Shown: piece after piece, positions 1-13,400 of the stretch
Layout of the letters: each line of letters opens with the position of its first letter
Numbering within the stretch: position 1 is the stretch's first letter
NCBI GenBank assembly: GCA_951804945.1
Contig: OX638150.1
Span: forward strand, 52,762,001-52,826,000
Direction: 5' to 3'
Length of the DNA: 64,000 nucleotides
Source of the DNA: Podarcis cretensis
Taxonomy: Eukaryota
Notes under the pieces: generated by a model
Databases searched by the model: none
What the model saw: only the letters and a program-made list of their open reading frames with translations
Told to the model about the DNA's origin: nothing
Translations under genes and position numbers: made by a program

Positions 1-1016
1 CCATGAAATTGGATTGGCACACCGGATAATGGTAGCACAGATAGCTCAATTAATATCTGACTGAGTGCTTGGCTGCATGTTACATTCATCACATAATAAG
101 TAATCATGCATAATGTCAGACTTTGACCACTGAAAATTTTGAAGGACCCCTTGAAACAAGCAAAGAAAGCTAGAGTTGATTGTAGGCAGGCTGGAGACAC
201 GATAATCATTCTTTTCCTCAGTGGCTATTGCCCTAAGGTCAGGGATAGAGAATCCCAGGCCCTAATAGTGGACTGTGGGACTCTCCCAAGCCACAGCCCC
301 TCTTTGGGTGATTCTGGTTAGCAGGAATATGTCATTGAACTGTGATCATGCCTCTTCCTGGCTAACTGGAATGTAGAAGCCTCTGACTTTTGTGTGGCTG
401 GAATGCAGCCCACCATACTCAGGTCACATCCATTGTTCTTCCCACCATTGCCTCTGGATCCAAGCACCACTGACTTGCAGGAGCTGAAAGCCTGTAAACG
501 TTGAGAGGGAAATGGTTACTAATGAACTAGCAACTAAAGAACTTTTTAAAAAAAATCTTTAATGTATTTTTGTCACATATACTACCCAATTAATCATGTC
601 CCTTAGGCAGTTCACAGATTTCAGATAAATAAAATATGAATACAGTCAACCAAATCAATTAATATAAAAGTTGCACCAGGAGAAAAAATAGCATAAAACC
701 ATATAATAACATGGAATGAATGGTTGGTGGATGAATTAAGATGGCCAGTAGTTCCTGGGAATGGGCCACAGACTTGTAAGCTGCCTTCTCTCTCGTGAGA
801 ATTCTCTCTTTTCCTGCCCTCCATCATTATGGTTAATAACTACATCGGCACTGAACTTAACACTGTTTCATGTTAACCAAGGTTCCCATTGTGCCTATGG
901 TTTGCAGAACTGCTTCCAAATTTTGATTGTGGTAGAAACACTGGTTAGGTTGATGCAATTTAATACCTAGCCATGATAACGAGTTATGAGAAAGGGTTGG
1001 AGAGATTACTGTATGA

Positions 1017-1123
1017 CAGGGATGGGGAACTGCTAACCCTCCAGATCTCAGCCCCATCCATGGTTGGGATGATGGGAGTTGTAATCCAACAACCACTTGG
1101 AGGCTGCCGATTTCTCATCCCTG
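1017..1123. mobile_element. hAT-type MITE with 8-bp TSD
   Basis: TIRs CAGGGATGGGGAA / TTTCTCATCCCTG; perfect TSD CTGTATGA at 1009-1016 and 1124-1131. Confidence 0.85.
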
Positions 1124-1542
1124 CTGTATGAAATGTAGATCTTGGAAAAGAGTGTGTGATTCTGTGACCTGTTCAAATCTCTTGGCTAAGATTAGAAATC
1201 AGGATTGTTACCCAAAGTTCTCGTGAGCTCTCATACATACACTCCTGTTCTCTCAAATGTGTTTGCCTAGCAAGAAGAGACAGTAGCCTACGTTCAGCTT
1301 TTAAAATGTATACCCAACTGAATAATTAAAAGCTGAAGAAAACAAAACGTGTGTAGGAAGCTGTGGTGTTGGTTCACCTTGGGGTAAGTCACTATTAAGT
1401 GATAGCTGCAAAAGGGTATGTTTTTCTGGTTATCGTAGGTGAATTTTGAAGAGCAATGAGACTACTTCCCTCTTAATTTTTTTGAGACATTGTAAGCACA
1501 ATAACCCCAGAAGACTGCAGACTTTTTTTGTCTGTATAGGGA

Positions 1543-1716
1543 AGGACCATAGCTTTGAGGTTGAGAATGTTTTGTGTGTAGAAGGTCCAGATTCAATTCA
1601 TAGCAGGTAGGGAGTACTCCCTGTCTCTTAAACCCTGGAGAGGTGCTGCCAGTTGGTGTAGACAGCACTGAGTTAGATGGATCTATAGCATGTTTTGGTA
1701 TAGGGCAGCTTCCTGT
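1543..1716 (+). mobile_element. Degenerate tRNA-derived squamate SINE (Squam2-like)
   Basis: tRNA-like head plus the tail 'accctggagag..ctgccagt..gtgtagaca..actgag.tagatgga..gcagcttcct'. Related reverse-strand copies at about 7306-7495 and 12240-12340. Confidence 0.6.
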
Positions 1717-2256
1717 ATATAGAGGGGATTTTTGTTTGGGGGTAAATGTGTATCAATAGCCTCCTAAAGAAGCATATTTGCTTGGTTTTTCTTCCTGGAC
1801 TGCACTTTTGTATTTTAGCAGAGACAGTGAGTTATACTACCCAAACAATTGTCCTCTAAACTATTGTCAAATGTTAGGGAACTTTGTTTTTGTTGACCAC
1901 CTTCCTGAATCCTCCATTATTTGCCTGCCTTGAACAGCTGTCATTTTCAGTATGATATTTATATCCACAAGAGTGTCTGCAGAAGTCTTTCTCTAGAGAC
2001 TTAATTGCATTTCCTTTATGAGAGATTTGACTTTCATGGACTGAACTTGACACAGAGAGACATGCTTCTCCTCCTCCTCCTCACTACAGTTATTTGAGAT
2101 GGCAATTTGATCATTGTCATGCTAATAATGAATCAGACGATATGCTTTCTTCCCTATAATAAAATATACTGCATAGTCTCAAATGGTCATCAGTTGCCTG
2201 GAAGTAGGGCAGGAAGAAGCTGATTAACTGAAGGAGGATAGTGGTATAATAAAAAA

Positions 2257-3340
2257 CATAAGAAGAGCCCTGGTGGATCAGATCAAGCCTTCATTTAGTT
2301 TAGCATCCTGTTTTCCAGAGTGATCAACCAGATGCCTCCAGCAAGTCATCAAACAAGGCGTGGATGCAATAGGCCTCCCATGTGTCCATCCCTCTTAATG
2401 GGTATTCAGTGGAATATTGTTTACGAAAATGAATCTTCCACTTAGCCACCCTGGCTGATAGCTACTGATAGATCTATCCTGAATGATTTTACAAAATCCT
2501 CATTTAAAGTAATCTAAAGCTGGTGTTGGTAACCACATCTTGTGGTAGTGAATCCATCAATTATGCATTGTGTAAAGATGTGCTTTATTTATCTAGTCTG
2601 TCCTGAATCTGCTGCCAGTTTCATTGGGTGACTCCCAATTTCTAGCATTATGAGAGTGGGAGGACACGTTTTCAATATACACCACCTTCATGCCATAGAC
2701 TTATTGAATTGTAGAGTAGGGAAGGAACCACAAGTGTCATCTAGTGCAACACCCTGTAATGCAGGAATCTTTTGCCAAACATGGGGCTTGATTCCATGAC
2801 CCTGAGATTAAAGGTCTAATGTTTATAAACCTGTTTCAAAAAAAACCCCCAAACCCTTTAGGTGTTACTAAACTGAAAAGTCCCAAGTGTGTTAGTCATT
2901 CCTTGTAGGGAAAGTGCCTTAACCCACTTGATCACTTTGGTTGCCCATTTTGCATTGAATCCATTTCTGTACTATGGGGTACTATGGATTTCAAATCCAG
3001 CCACACCAGAGATTTTATAGAATGACATTATGATACTGATAGTCGTCTTGTCAATGCTTTGCCTGGAATTTTCCTCTTTTTTAACACTACACACTGAGTT
3101 AATGTTTTTGTCGAGCTATCCATAATAATCTTTTTTATCTACCATAACCCTATTTTTTTTATTAAACTCTTTTAAATATTGTACTGTATTTTATATTGTT
3201 TTACCCTGCCCAGAGACCTTAGGGTGACGTATGAGTAATAAATCAAACTGTTATTAACATTAATAATGAATAATAATAACCCCACAATCTTTCCAAGTTA
3301 CTAACCGTCAGTTGATTAATATACCTGTGAATTTGGGATT
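2257..3340 (-). mobile_element. Old CR1-like LINE 3' fragment with younger insertions inside
   Basis: Starts with 'aacataagaagagcc..ggatcaga', the reverse of a squamate CR1 3' end, then decayed RT-like sequence. Plus-strand 3' ends of the same family lie at about 11500-11760, 12115-12200 and 28380-28510. Confidence 0.55.
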
Positions 3341-3494
3341 AAGTATTCAGCTCTGCTAAGCTTTCACACTGTTGTGTGAGGTTAGTTAAAAGTAACCAAA
3401 GCAAAGTCATGAAGTGCTCTTAAAATGGTGAAATACTTAGGTTAATGATGTTGAGGAAGAATAAAAAATTATCTTCCTTTTAGATGAAGTCATT

Positions 3495-3497
<3 letters not shown>

Positions 3498-3534
<37 letters not shown>
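3498..3534. repeat. (TA)n microsatellite
   Basis: Seen directly. Confidence 0.95.
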
Positions 3535-3537
<3 letters not shown>

Positions 3538-5809
3538 TTCCTGTTCCATTCTTAAAATCTATGAAGATAAAGTGGTGATAGTATTAATGAGAGCAGATTA
3601 GGTTATTGTAGGAGGTACATTAAATGTATCAAGCCCAGCTGGTTGCATCATATTAAACTGCTAAGACAACTACTGTACAGTGTTTTTATGTATGTTGATC
3701 ATTGAGGATAAGATTTCTCTAACACCTCACTTTTCTCTTCCAGTGTTAAAATAAAATGGTGCCACTTACAACTAGAATGGTGAAGTAATGGCAAACTATG
3801 GGAAAGCCCCAATATAATATGTTAAATAATAGTGGAAGCTTTCTTGAAGCAGCAAGCAAAATCTATAAATAGGAGGATGCAGAAACATTCTGCTTGTGTT
3901 TTCTTAGTCCACCTCTTATATGCAAGAAAAAGAAATTTTGGTGACAAGAAGACTGTGTCACAAAGAAGTTCAGAGCTTCAACGTGCCTTATGTCTTCTTA
4001 GTCTGTCTTTTTCAAGTTGCAAAATGCTGACTCAAAAGCTAGTTGGGTGACATTAAGTGCTGTGTGCAGCAAGCTACGGCACATTACTTTCTGCATTAAT
4101 TAGAGAGGCTGTTGCATGTATTGCAACACAGCTGCCTTGTAATAATTTTGTAATATGAAGAAATTCTAGATTTTTATGCAAACCCGATGGTTTTCTAATG
4201 TATGGAACATTGCTTTATCTGAATGTTGATAGAGTATAGTCTGTATAGTCTGGGGCAAAACCAAATTGAACAGTTTTGATGCAGCCTAGTGTCCATTTTT
4301 ATATTCTCTAAATCGGGAGCACTGTATAAGTACCCCTCCCATGACTCACTCCTTGATGTGGTTGGTTGATATAGACTCAGCTTCAAGACTTGGTTATATG
4401 TAACTGCACCTCTGTTTTTATACTGAACCTGCTCCATGTATGGTTTCATTATTGCTTGTATGGTTATGCGTTAATTTGCCCATATGTTTTTGATAAAATT
4501 TTGATACAAATTTTCAAAAGGAAAAAAAAACCCTGTTTAGATAGAGTATGAGGAGGGAAGTGAAGGAATGATTTAAACTCTCCCTTCATTTATTTCTATG
4601 ATGGGCCCATTATTTTTTCTGTAGATTTGCTGATTTTTCTGAAGTGCCTATTATGCTTGGAACACTTTCTGTGTGAAGGTTTTGTGGTTTGAGGACTTCT
4701 CTTGAGGTTGCAGTCACATGTGTCCATTTGCAGTAAAACGGCAACCACTGACTTGTTGAACATCCTTTGACGGAGCTTTCAGAAAGCCACAGCCACTAGT
4801 GTTCAAGATCAAAGGCAAATGAGTGACTTATTCAGTATTTTGGACAACTAATAAACAGCTCACTGAAACTATGCTTAAAATAAAGCCTTATTCAAGGATG
4901 TTATTCTAAAGTAAGCTGCCTCCTTCAAATAAGACATAATGCTAACTAATCACTATTTGAGCTTGTTTTTAGAGAGATGAGTAGAGCCAAGTGACCCCTT
5001 GGCTTGAAGAGGCTGTAAACCTCCCAGTGGCTTACTTAAGGTGGTAATGCCTAATAAGAAGCCAAGTTTTTAAAGTTCAAAACATAACCCGACTGGTTAC
5101 CAGCTTTGTACATTCTCAGGAGATAGGGGAGTATCAAAATCTTTATATTGGTGCTTTCTCCCGCTTCGTTGATGATACTTGAAGGATCTGTATGGAACTC
5201 GAGCCCTCTTAAGGCATATTTTATACAAGTTAAGTAAACATGCAAGGGGTGGGGCATGGAAGCAGGCATACTAATTCCACCACCACCAAACCTCCACAAA
5301 TTGGGAAATCAGGGTTTTAAAATGTGTGGGAGCCTCAGTGAGTGCAGATTTCCAGCTTCAGAAGACTGCCTCCAACCCAGAAGAACTGGTGGGGATGGGG
5401 ACATGTGCTTGTCCCCATGGCCGCCTCTTGTATGTTTACTTAACATTTATAGAGAACACCTGAAGAAGCTTTTGTGCCCTTTGTCATTGTTGTCCATTTT
5501 CATCCGTTTCAGTAGTAGGTGGGTTCTCCTGGAAAGCAAAGAGAAAGTGGGGCACTTGTGTAAAAATGCATGTAGGAGGTGCTTGTGTGGTATGGGATAA
5601 GATGAGTGCTGGACTTTCAGTAGAACAAGCTTCTGCAAAGTATGAGTAGAGAAACAAGAAAATGACAACAGAACTGTAAATAAGTTAAGTGTAGAAGGTG
5701 GGGTGGACTGGGAAGGGAGGGTAGCCTAGAACACGTGTTTGATGGGGTTAACTTTCAAAAGATTTAGGAGAATGAAGAAGTCTCTGATTGGGAAGTTGAT
5801 ACTTTTGAT

Positions 5810-5945
5810 CAGGCCTAGGCAAACACAGCCCTCCAGATGTTTTGGGACTACAACTCCCATCATCCCTGACCACTGGTCCTGTTAGCTAGCGATGATGGGA
5901 GTTGTAGTCCCAAAACATCTGGAGAGCTGAGTTTGCCTGTGCCTG
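5810..5945. mobile_element. Palindromic hAT MITE, 136 bp, with perfect 8-bp TSD
   Basis: CAGGCCTAGGCAAAC...GTTTGCCTGTGCCTG; long internal inverted repeat; TSD CTTTTGAT at 5802-5809 and 5946-5953. Confidence 0.92.
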
Positions 5946-7305
5946 CTTTTGATTCTAGCTGTTGGAAAGTAGAGGTGTAACATTTCTGGAATTTTTGAAG
6001 CCATTTAGCGTGCCTTCTAGGGGGAAAGAGAAATATATGCAATATGTTCTTCTCATACCTAAACTTAGATTGCCACCTTGAGATCGTGACATGTATTGTG
6101 TGTAATTCAGCAAATAATACCACATTGTTTACTATGAATGTCTTTAAAGTTTTAGTCAAACAATTATATACTGTGGTCAGTGCTTAAGAGCGACCTGCAA
6201 GTTGCTGGACCTAAAAGTGAAAAAAATGCATTTTGGATTTTGCTAGTTGGCAAAATAATAAAAAAATAAAAATTGACAATGGGAATGCTTGACACTGTAG
6301 TAAACAAAAGGGTTTATTATCTGGACTTAGTGCGGGTGGCTTGTATCCAGAGAACTGTGCGATTAGCTTTGCATACCAAGGAAGCTTTGGAATTGTTTTT
6401 CTCAAATAGCAGTTCCCCTTTCTCATTTATGGCAAACCTCTTTTGAACCAGAAGAATTTTATAAGCCGTCTGTGCTATGGAGTGCAGTTTCCAACTTTAA
6501 AGGAAAAAGGCCTAAGATCCCCCACCCTTGAGGTTTTAGAAGGCTGGTCTGAGGCAAAGTGCTCATTCAGCCCTTTCAATGAATACTATGTCTTCTAGGT
6601 GGGGCATCACTTTTAACTCTTAAGGTAGCATTTATGAAATGGCAGTTGGCTTTTATAATGCATTTGCTACCTGACAGTAGCATACCCCTCAGTATTTTGG
6701 ACAACTTCTTAACGAATGTTGCTATTGAATTGTCATTTGGCTCCAATCTACTTTGCGGGAGTTCAGTTAAATGTGCCTTACCTAGAGACCTCTGCATGAG
6801 AGGACATTGGAGGTGCTCTCCTTCACTTCAGTGAAACCAACAAATGTAAGCCTCATTTTTGAAAAATGACAGATCTAAAGAATGAATAGACCCAAAATAG
6901 CAGCAAGAATCCGCCAAGGTCATTGAGCAATAACCACGGTACAATAGCTTGTGAAGAAAGAAACTGCTTCTATGATGAAACCTACTTTTCCCTTCTGGTG
7001 TCTGAAGAATTTCAAAGTCTGTGCCAGAGGATGCCACTGTCACAAAGAAGAGAATTGACTGTGTAACAAACTTCATTTTGAGGTCATTAGAAATGACATA
7101 GTTAATAGATCCTTTTTTCTTAGTGTCTCTTTTTCAAAATTAATTTCTTTTATGTTTTCATGCTGGTCTGATTTACCTTTTTGGATAGTATGAAAACTAA
7201 CTGAAATAAATGCACTGATTATGTTTCTGGTTCTGGTTTCCTTATTTGGCTTGATGTCCATGTGGTGGTTGCAAGCTCCAGACTTATAAAACAACTTACA
7301 AAGAA

Positions 7306-7495
7306 ACATAGGAGGCCAACTTGTACTGAGTCAGACAACTGATCCACCTAGCTCAGTATTGCCTAGACTAACCGGCAGAAGCTTTCCATGGTTTCAGGCA
7401 TAGGGCATTCACAGCTGTACCTGGAGATGCTGAGGATAAAGCCTGAGACCTTTTGCATGCAAGGCAGATACTTTACCAGTTAGCCATTTCACTTC
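7306..7495 (-). mobile_element. Degenerate Squam2-like SINE
   Basis: Reverse-complement similarity to the copy at 1543-1716. Confidence 0.6.
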
Positions 7496-10400
7496 CCAAA
7501 GGTCTGCTGAAAAGTTCCAAAAAAAGGGGCAAGGGAGTTCTAAGTTGAAACTGAGTGAATTAGACAAAGTCATCTCAATGAGAAATACAATTTACAGAGA
7601 GCTCACAAAGCTCCCTTTATCTCAAGCTAAGTCTTTCTTCCCCAGTGCTGAGTATAGGCAGAAACAGGACTCTTGAGGGCCTTCCTTCACATGAAGCTAT
7701 TAGAGCAATGATTGTGCAGTTCTTATCTATTTGTTGCTCAGTAGCTGCAATACTTTCTTCGTGGAAAGACTTCTGTTTCAGAAGTTGTTTCCTTTTCTCG
7801 GAACGTACTCTCAATGTGATATATCATCCTTCATCAATCACACCACAGAACTGCAATTGCAATGGCCAAACGTTGCTATTGCAATGGCTGTTGCTAGTGA
7901 CATCATGAGTGACAAAGCAATAAAGGCCTACTTACATGCCAATGCCATTTTGTGGGCATTTATTTTTACAGTTTCTTATGGCTGCCGGCTGCACTGCTGT
8001 GCAACATCAGTGCTTCATTCTTATACAGCAGTATTTGAAGCTGTCTGGTGGTTCCGTATTTCCACAGAGTCATTTGAGGAACTATTAAAGTTTCTATCCC
8101 ACCTAACCTGGTATTTAGTTAGCATTCAGCTGGACAGGGCAAGTTTTAGCTGCTGTACTCACACACTTCTATCTGTGATCACACAGTTCTATCTTTCTGT
8201 GATCACACACTTCTATCTTTGGGGTCTGCCCTCCTGGGAGCGTTTGTAGAGCTGTTCTAATTAAGCTGATAACTTGTAGATAAAGACACAATCTCTCTCA
8301 TTTTCTTACAATGGAATTATCAGTGTCACTTCATTTTACAGCAAACCAAGTTCAAACTTGGAAACTCAAGAATTTTTATTTCTGAATTGAAAACTTACCT
8401 TCCCACCCTCCTTTAAGCCAAGTGTTGGATGACTGTTGACATTCAAAGCTTTAAATAATTTTCACTTCCTGCTACAAAGTTGTCTGGGTTTTTTTTTAAT
8501 TAAATAGGTATTAAGTAAAATAAAAAATATTAAATAAGCATTAGTTTATTGCACAATCATAGTATAAGCTGATTACTTGTAAAGCTGTATATTGAACATT
8601 CCATCTGAAGTTTAGTTTTGCATATAGTGAGGCTTGTTATTTAAATAAGCAAAGCATGAAGTGATTCTGGAGAGACTTGTTTGGAATATGTTCTGGGATG
8701 TTAAGACATACAGGTACATTCGGAACAGACCCATGATGAGTGCTCTACCTGGAGCTGTGACAGTGTTGCGTGAGCACAGGGCCAGTAGTGGCAACTGCAC
8801 CAGAGTGAGCAAAAGTTCTGAAGCAGAGAACTTGTGAGATAAGAGCCTCCCATCCCCTTAGCATACTGTGGTTGTCCTTTGGATTTGCTGCCACTCACCT
8901 TGTGACTCCACCTTGGTTCTCACCTGCCACATTATGCCCAGGAATTAGTGTAGGTTTGGTTGTGTACAGTGGTGACAGCGGGAACTGAAGTAGGAACAGG
9001 GAGAACTGACCTGACGAGGGGATGAGAGCACCAACCTCTTTCATGGCCTTGACCTGCTTTGTGAGGAAAAGACAAAGTGTTTTTAAAGTGCTTTTTTAAG
9101 AGTTTACGTTACGATACACCCTTGCATCATTTTGTCTCTTTTAGCACTATACAATACACCACATGATGCAGTATTTCAGAAAGTAGGAGTTTACAAGAAC
9201 ACTGCCTAAGGTGTTGGAACTTAGTGCTGAAGTACTGGATTATCCTGCAAACACCCACCAAAGAAACAATATATGCAACAAAGCCCACTGGCAGCTCTGT
9301 CCATCTGTTTATTATGGCAACACTATTGCTGGACAGTCATGTTGACTATTTACCATATCGAGTGCCATAGTATATCCTCTTCCATCACTGCCCTGCAGTG
9401 GTCTTTTGGGTTGTGGTGAGGTGGGATGAGCAAAGAAAACTGTAAATGAAACATTAATTAATATATATTTCAGTTCTTCTAGATGCCCTATTTCTGGCCA
9501 GTGTTTCAATATTCACAGCTCCTAAGTCAGAAATAACATTTTAAAGAGTTTGAGGGTGTTTCTTCTACTAGGCAGTGGACAAATGACCCCCCCTTTTGTT
9601 AAGCAGCCCTTAAACATGTTGCTCACTGCATCACTGTAATGTGCAGTTAACCTTTGTTTCACCTTAAGCTCAGTTTCCAACCATGTTTATATATACCTCA
9701 GCTCTTCAAAACTTAGCTCATCTTTATTGGAATAGGACAGCCTTCCCCAATGTGGTACCCTCCAGATATTTTTTAGTACAAACCACATTATCACAGGTCA
9801 CTGGTTGGAGCTGATGGGAATTGGAATCCAAACTGGAGTTGTTTCCTTCGAAAGGAGGTACTGTCTTAATTTGAGAGCTATAAGAAAAGGGTTGACCAAT
9901 TTGCAGCTAAAGTCTAATGAATTTCACAAGTATTAATTACATTGAGTTATTGTATCATGATGGGAAACCATATTAAAAAAAGAGCATGCACCTGTCTAAT
10001 TCAAAGACAAAGAACTAAAATTTCTAGATACCTTAAATGACAGTGCTGTAGAATAGTTGGTTATGGCAGCAACTATAGACCTGTTATTGAGTGGCTCCCA
10101 GGACCTGGTACAAGAGGTAAAATTAAATTTAAAATACCCTACATGTTTTTATTTATAATTTTAATGATAAGTACATTTATAATCTGCCCTATCCTGTTGG
10201 TTTAGTGTTCCATATATACACATTTAATCTGGTTGTTAAATGTCCCCACAAAGAGGAGAATTCTACAATTGTTTTGCAAGTATTTTATTTTGCTATTCAA
10301 CAACATTTCTTGGCTCATTTATTTTTTTTTTAAAAAGAAAAGTGACTTTTCTTTATTTTCATTTCCTGAGAATCGGCCATCTTAGAAATAAACCATTCCA

Positions 10401-13400
10401 TAATGTCTGTCTGATATTGTGAAACCTATGTAAGTTTGTATTGTGCATATGCATGTAAGATTTAATATTTTTGGTAATCTGAACAGTGTGTTTACAGCCA
10501 CCCTGAATAAAGTTACTGATTTTATAAGTAAAGTTCCCTAATCAGACTGCTACCCAGAGAAATTACAAACAGGTTGTTACTGAAAGGTTGTAACTGTGGC
10601 TGGATTTATTGTTTTTTCTTTTATAAATAATTTGGGTTCTGTTTTGTAGTATACCTCAAACTTCAGGTATTTTACAATCTAGCCCTTCCAACCGCTTTGT
10701 CATTGCTATTTCTTACATTAACTTCATGTGAGCTAATCTCACTCACATTAGCTGCACATGAGCCACTTTCTCACATTAGTGTCCCATGCATGAATTGATC
10801 TTTCTCTTCTGATGCTGTAAATGTAAGAAGGGTTTTGGACAATTTGTCATGAATGAATTTGAGGGATCGGAACTTTATTTGCTGTTCTTAAATGCTGGCC
10901 CAGGTTAAGCAAAATTTGTGTTGGATATTTTATGTTGTAGCATGTAGGTTTCTTTCACTCAGATCAGAGCAATACAGTGATGCTAGCAAATTCCTTACTG
11001 CTTGAGTTATTCTTTGTTCTCGCTAATTGTAGCTGCCCCAGGAACAATTTTGCCTACAATTGACTACAAAGTACAGAAGCTAATTCAATACTATCAAGAT
11101 TCTCAGTATTTATGGTTGATAGTTGGCTCAATCTGTAACTGGGTGATTTTCGAGTACTGTACTCAAAATTTAGTGTATAGAAGCACATTGAAAATCTTAG
11201 GTCAATATGCAACATCAGCCACCAGGAACACACACTGATTTGAACCACCTGTTGGATCCCAGTAGTTTCCTGAGCTTTAGTAAAGTGCTAATGACCTTTA
11301 GAGGCTTGGCTTTTGATACCTCTCTGCACCTGGCCTGGGGCGGGGCCTGACAGGCCTCATAAGGACTGCTCCTGTGACTGCTGCCCAGCAAGCACTGGGG
11401 TATTCCAGCTGAAGTTTGGAAGAAAAAGTTTGCTGGTAGGTTCAGAGAAACTGTTTCTTAGCACACATTTCAGCTTAGAGCATTCATCGTTTCAATATGT
11501 GATGAAGGCTCCTAGCTTAGATGGTTCTCTTGCTCTCTCTCTCTTTTAAAGGTCTAGACAAGTTAATGGAGATTAGGTACATCAATGACTATTAGCAGTA
11601 GTAACTAATGAAAAATGGGTATTCTATCTGCTTAACAAATACGGGGTAGTTGTCGTCTTCATGATCTGCTTGTAAACTTTCCTATGGCATCTGACCAGTT
11701 ACAAAGTGCTGGATTAGATGGATCATTGTTGCTGTGATCCACTTAGGCCATTCTTTTCTTGCATTCTAGTAGATCAGGTTATGCATTTTAGCTTACGTTC
11801 CCTAGTTTACAAAATTTATGAAAGTAATTACAGAATAAACTGTACAGGATTTTTTGGTTTAACGACAAATGTGTTGCCACTTTGGTATGAAAATAGTGTT
11901 GAAAAATGGAAACTTAATGGGAATCAGTAAACTGTTAGCAGGTAAATCTGAGATCCTATAGATTTGTGCTTGGTTGAATGGTTCTTGGTGGCTTTATAGT
12001 TTCATTTGTCAGTTTAGTCATCATTCCCTTGACCTCAAAACCTGCAAATCACAAGTAGCTCCACACTTTACAGAGTAATCATCTTTCCTTGGGATACACA
12101 ATGGTTTCCCATAGGCATCTGGTTGGCCACCTTGAGAACAGAATGCCAGAGTACATAAGCTTTTGATTTGACCTGGCAAGGCTGTTCTTTTGTTCTTATA
12201 GTGTGACCAGCACACATCCTTAACAGTTTGTGAACAAATGAAGCTGCCTTACGGAAGCAGAACGTTGGTCAACCTCATTTGTATTTGTCACTCCAGCAGC
12301 ACTGGATTGCTGATGTCTGAGGCAGACAGTTTCCCCACTTCTTGATATCTGGAATTCTTTTGAATTGTGTATGGTTGGGATCAAACTTGGGGACTTATGC
12401 AAGCAAAACACTTCCTCCAAATCTATTGGGGAGATGTAGCCCAGTTGGGGCTCCCTGGCATGTTTAGGCAGGTGTTGTATGCCACACGTCTTTCCTTTTA
12501 CACTTCATTTGCAGCAGGAAATATTGGTGTAACAGCATTGATGGGTGTAGTATTACATAATGTTTCAGGTAACGTTTTGGGGAAGTGAACTCCAACTGCC
12601 TATGACAGTCATCCTTGCCTTCTATCAAAGTTCTCCTTTCCGCAGAACTGCTTCTTCTGCAAAGCAGGACCATCCTACCCTCATATTTTCCTGTACTGTA
12701 CTGTCTGCTGTCACAACTATATCTCCCCCACACCCCATGTGTTGGTCAAACTGTTATCTTCTTTCATCTCTCGCCTGTCTGTTGTATCCAGAGCCCTACA
12801 AACAGGGATCGTGTCAGTTCTTCCTTCCATACAGGCCTTTAATTGTTGGTCCTAGATAAATGAAGAGTAGAAGCTGGAATGGGAGTTATCACTACTTTTG
12901 GAATGGTTAGCAGAAACATCAGTTTCTCAAATTCTATTCTAGAACTCTGTACCCATTACAGTTAATACCTGGACACAGCGATGATGACTTTCTTTTGGAA
13001 AGGCGGCTACCTTCAGATACTAACAAATATATGTCTATAAATATTCTTATAATGGTTCTGCTTCCACAGTGGGCAGATAATAAAGTGTTCTTCATTACAG
13101 AGATTCAGAGAGATGCATGAATTTTTAGCAATGAGTATAACAGGATTGCAATTTTCTGGCACAGTGAATGGGGTTGGGGATGAAGTTACAGAACTATTTC
13201 CCCAGCTGTGAGCCATTCGTAAAGTTTCAAATTAGGATTGAGGGAAATCTAGCAATGAAAGTTAGGTTTGTCAACAAAGGAAGCCGTGTAAATTGGCACT
13301 AAAATCACTTGATTTTCACCCAGACAAAATTTTTCTATAAAGGTTTTAGAAACAATCTTTCTCTGCTTTTCGGCTCCTTTGATGAAAGACATATTTTATG

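Noticed and set aside
7731-8249. 172-aa intronic ORF
   Set aside because: Non-ATG start, no known motif, and it includes a short tandem repeat at 8160-8220.
8733-8821. Possible box C/D snoRNA (ATGATGA...CTGA)
   Set aside because: No terminal stem and no recognisable rRNA or snRNA guide; such box pairs arise by chance.
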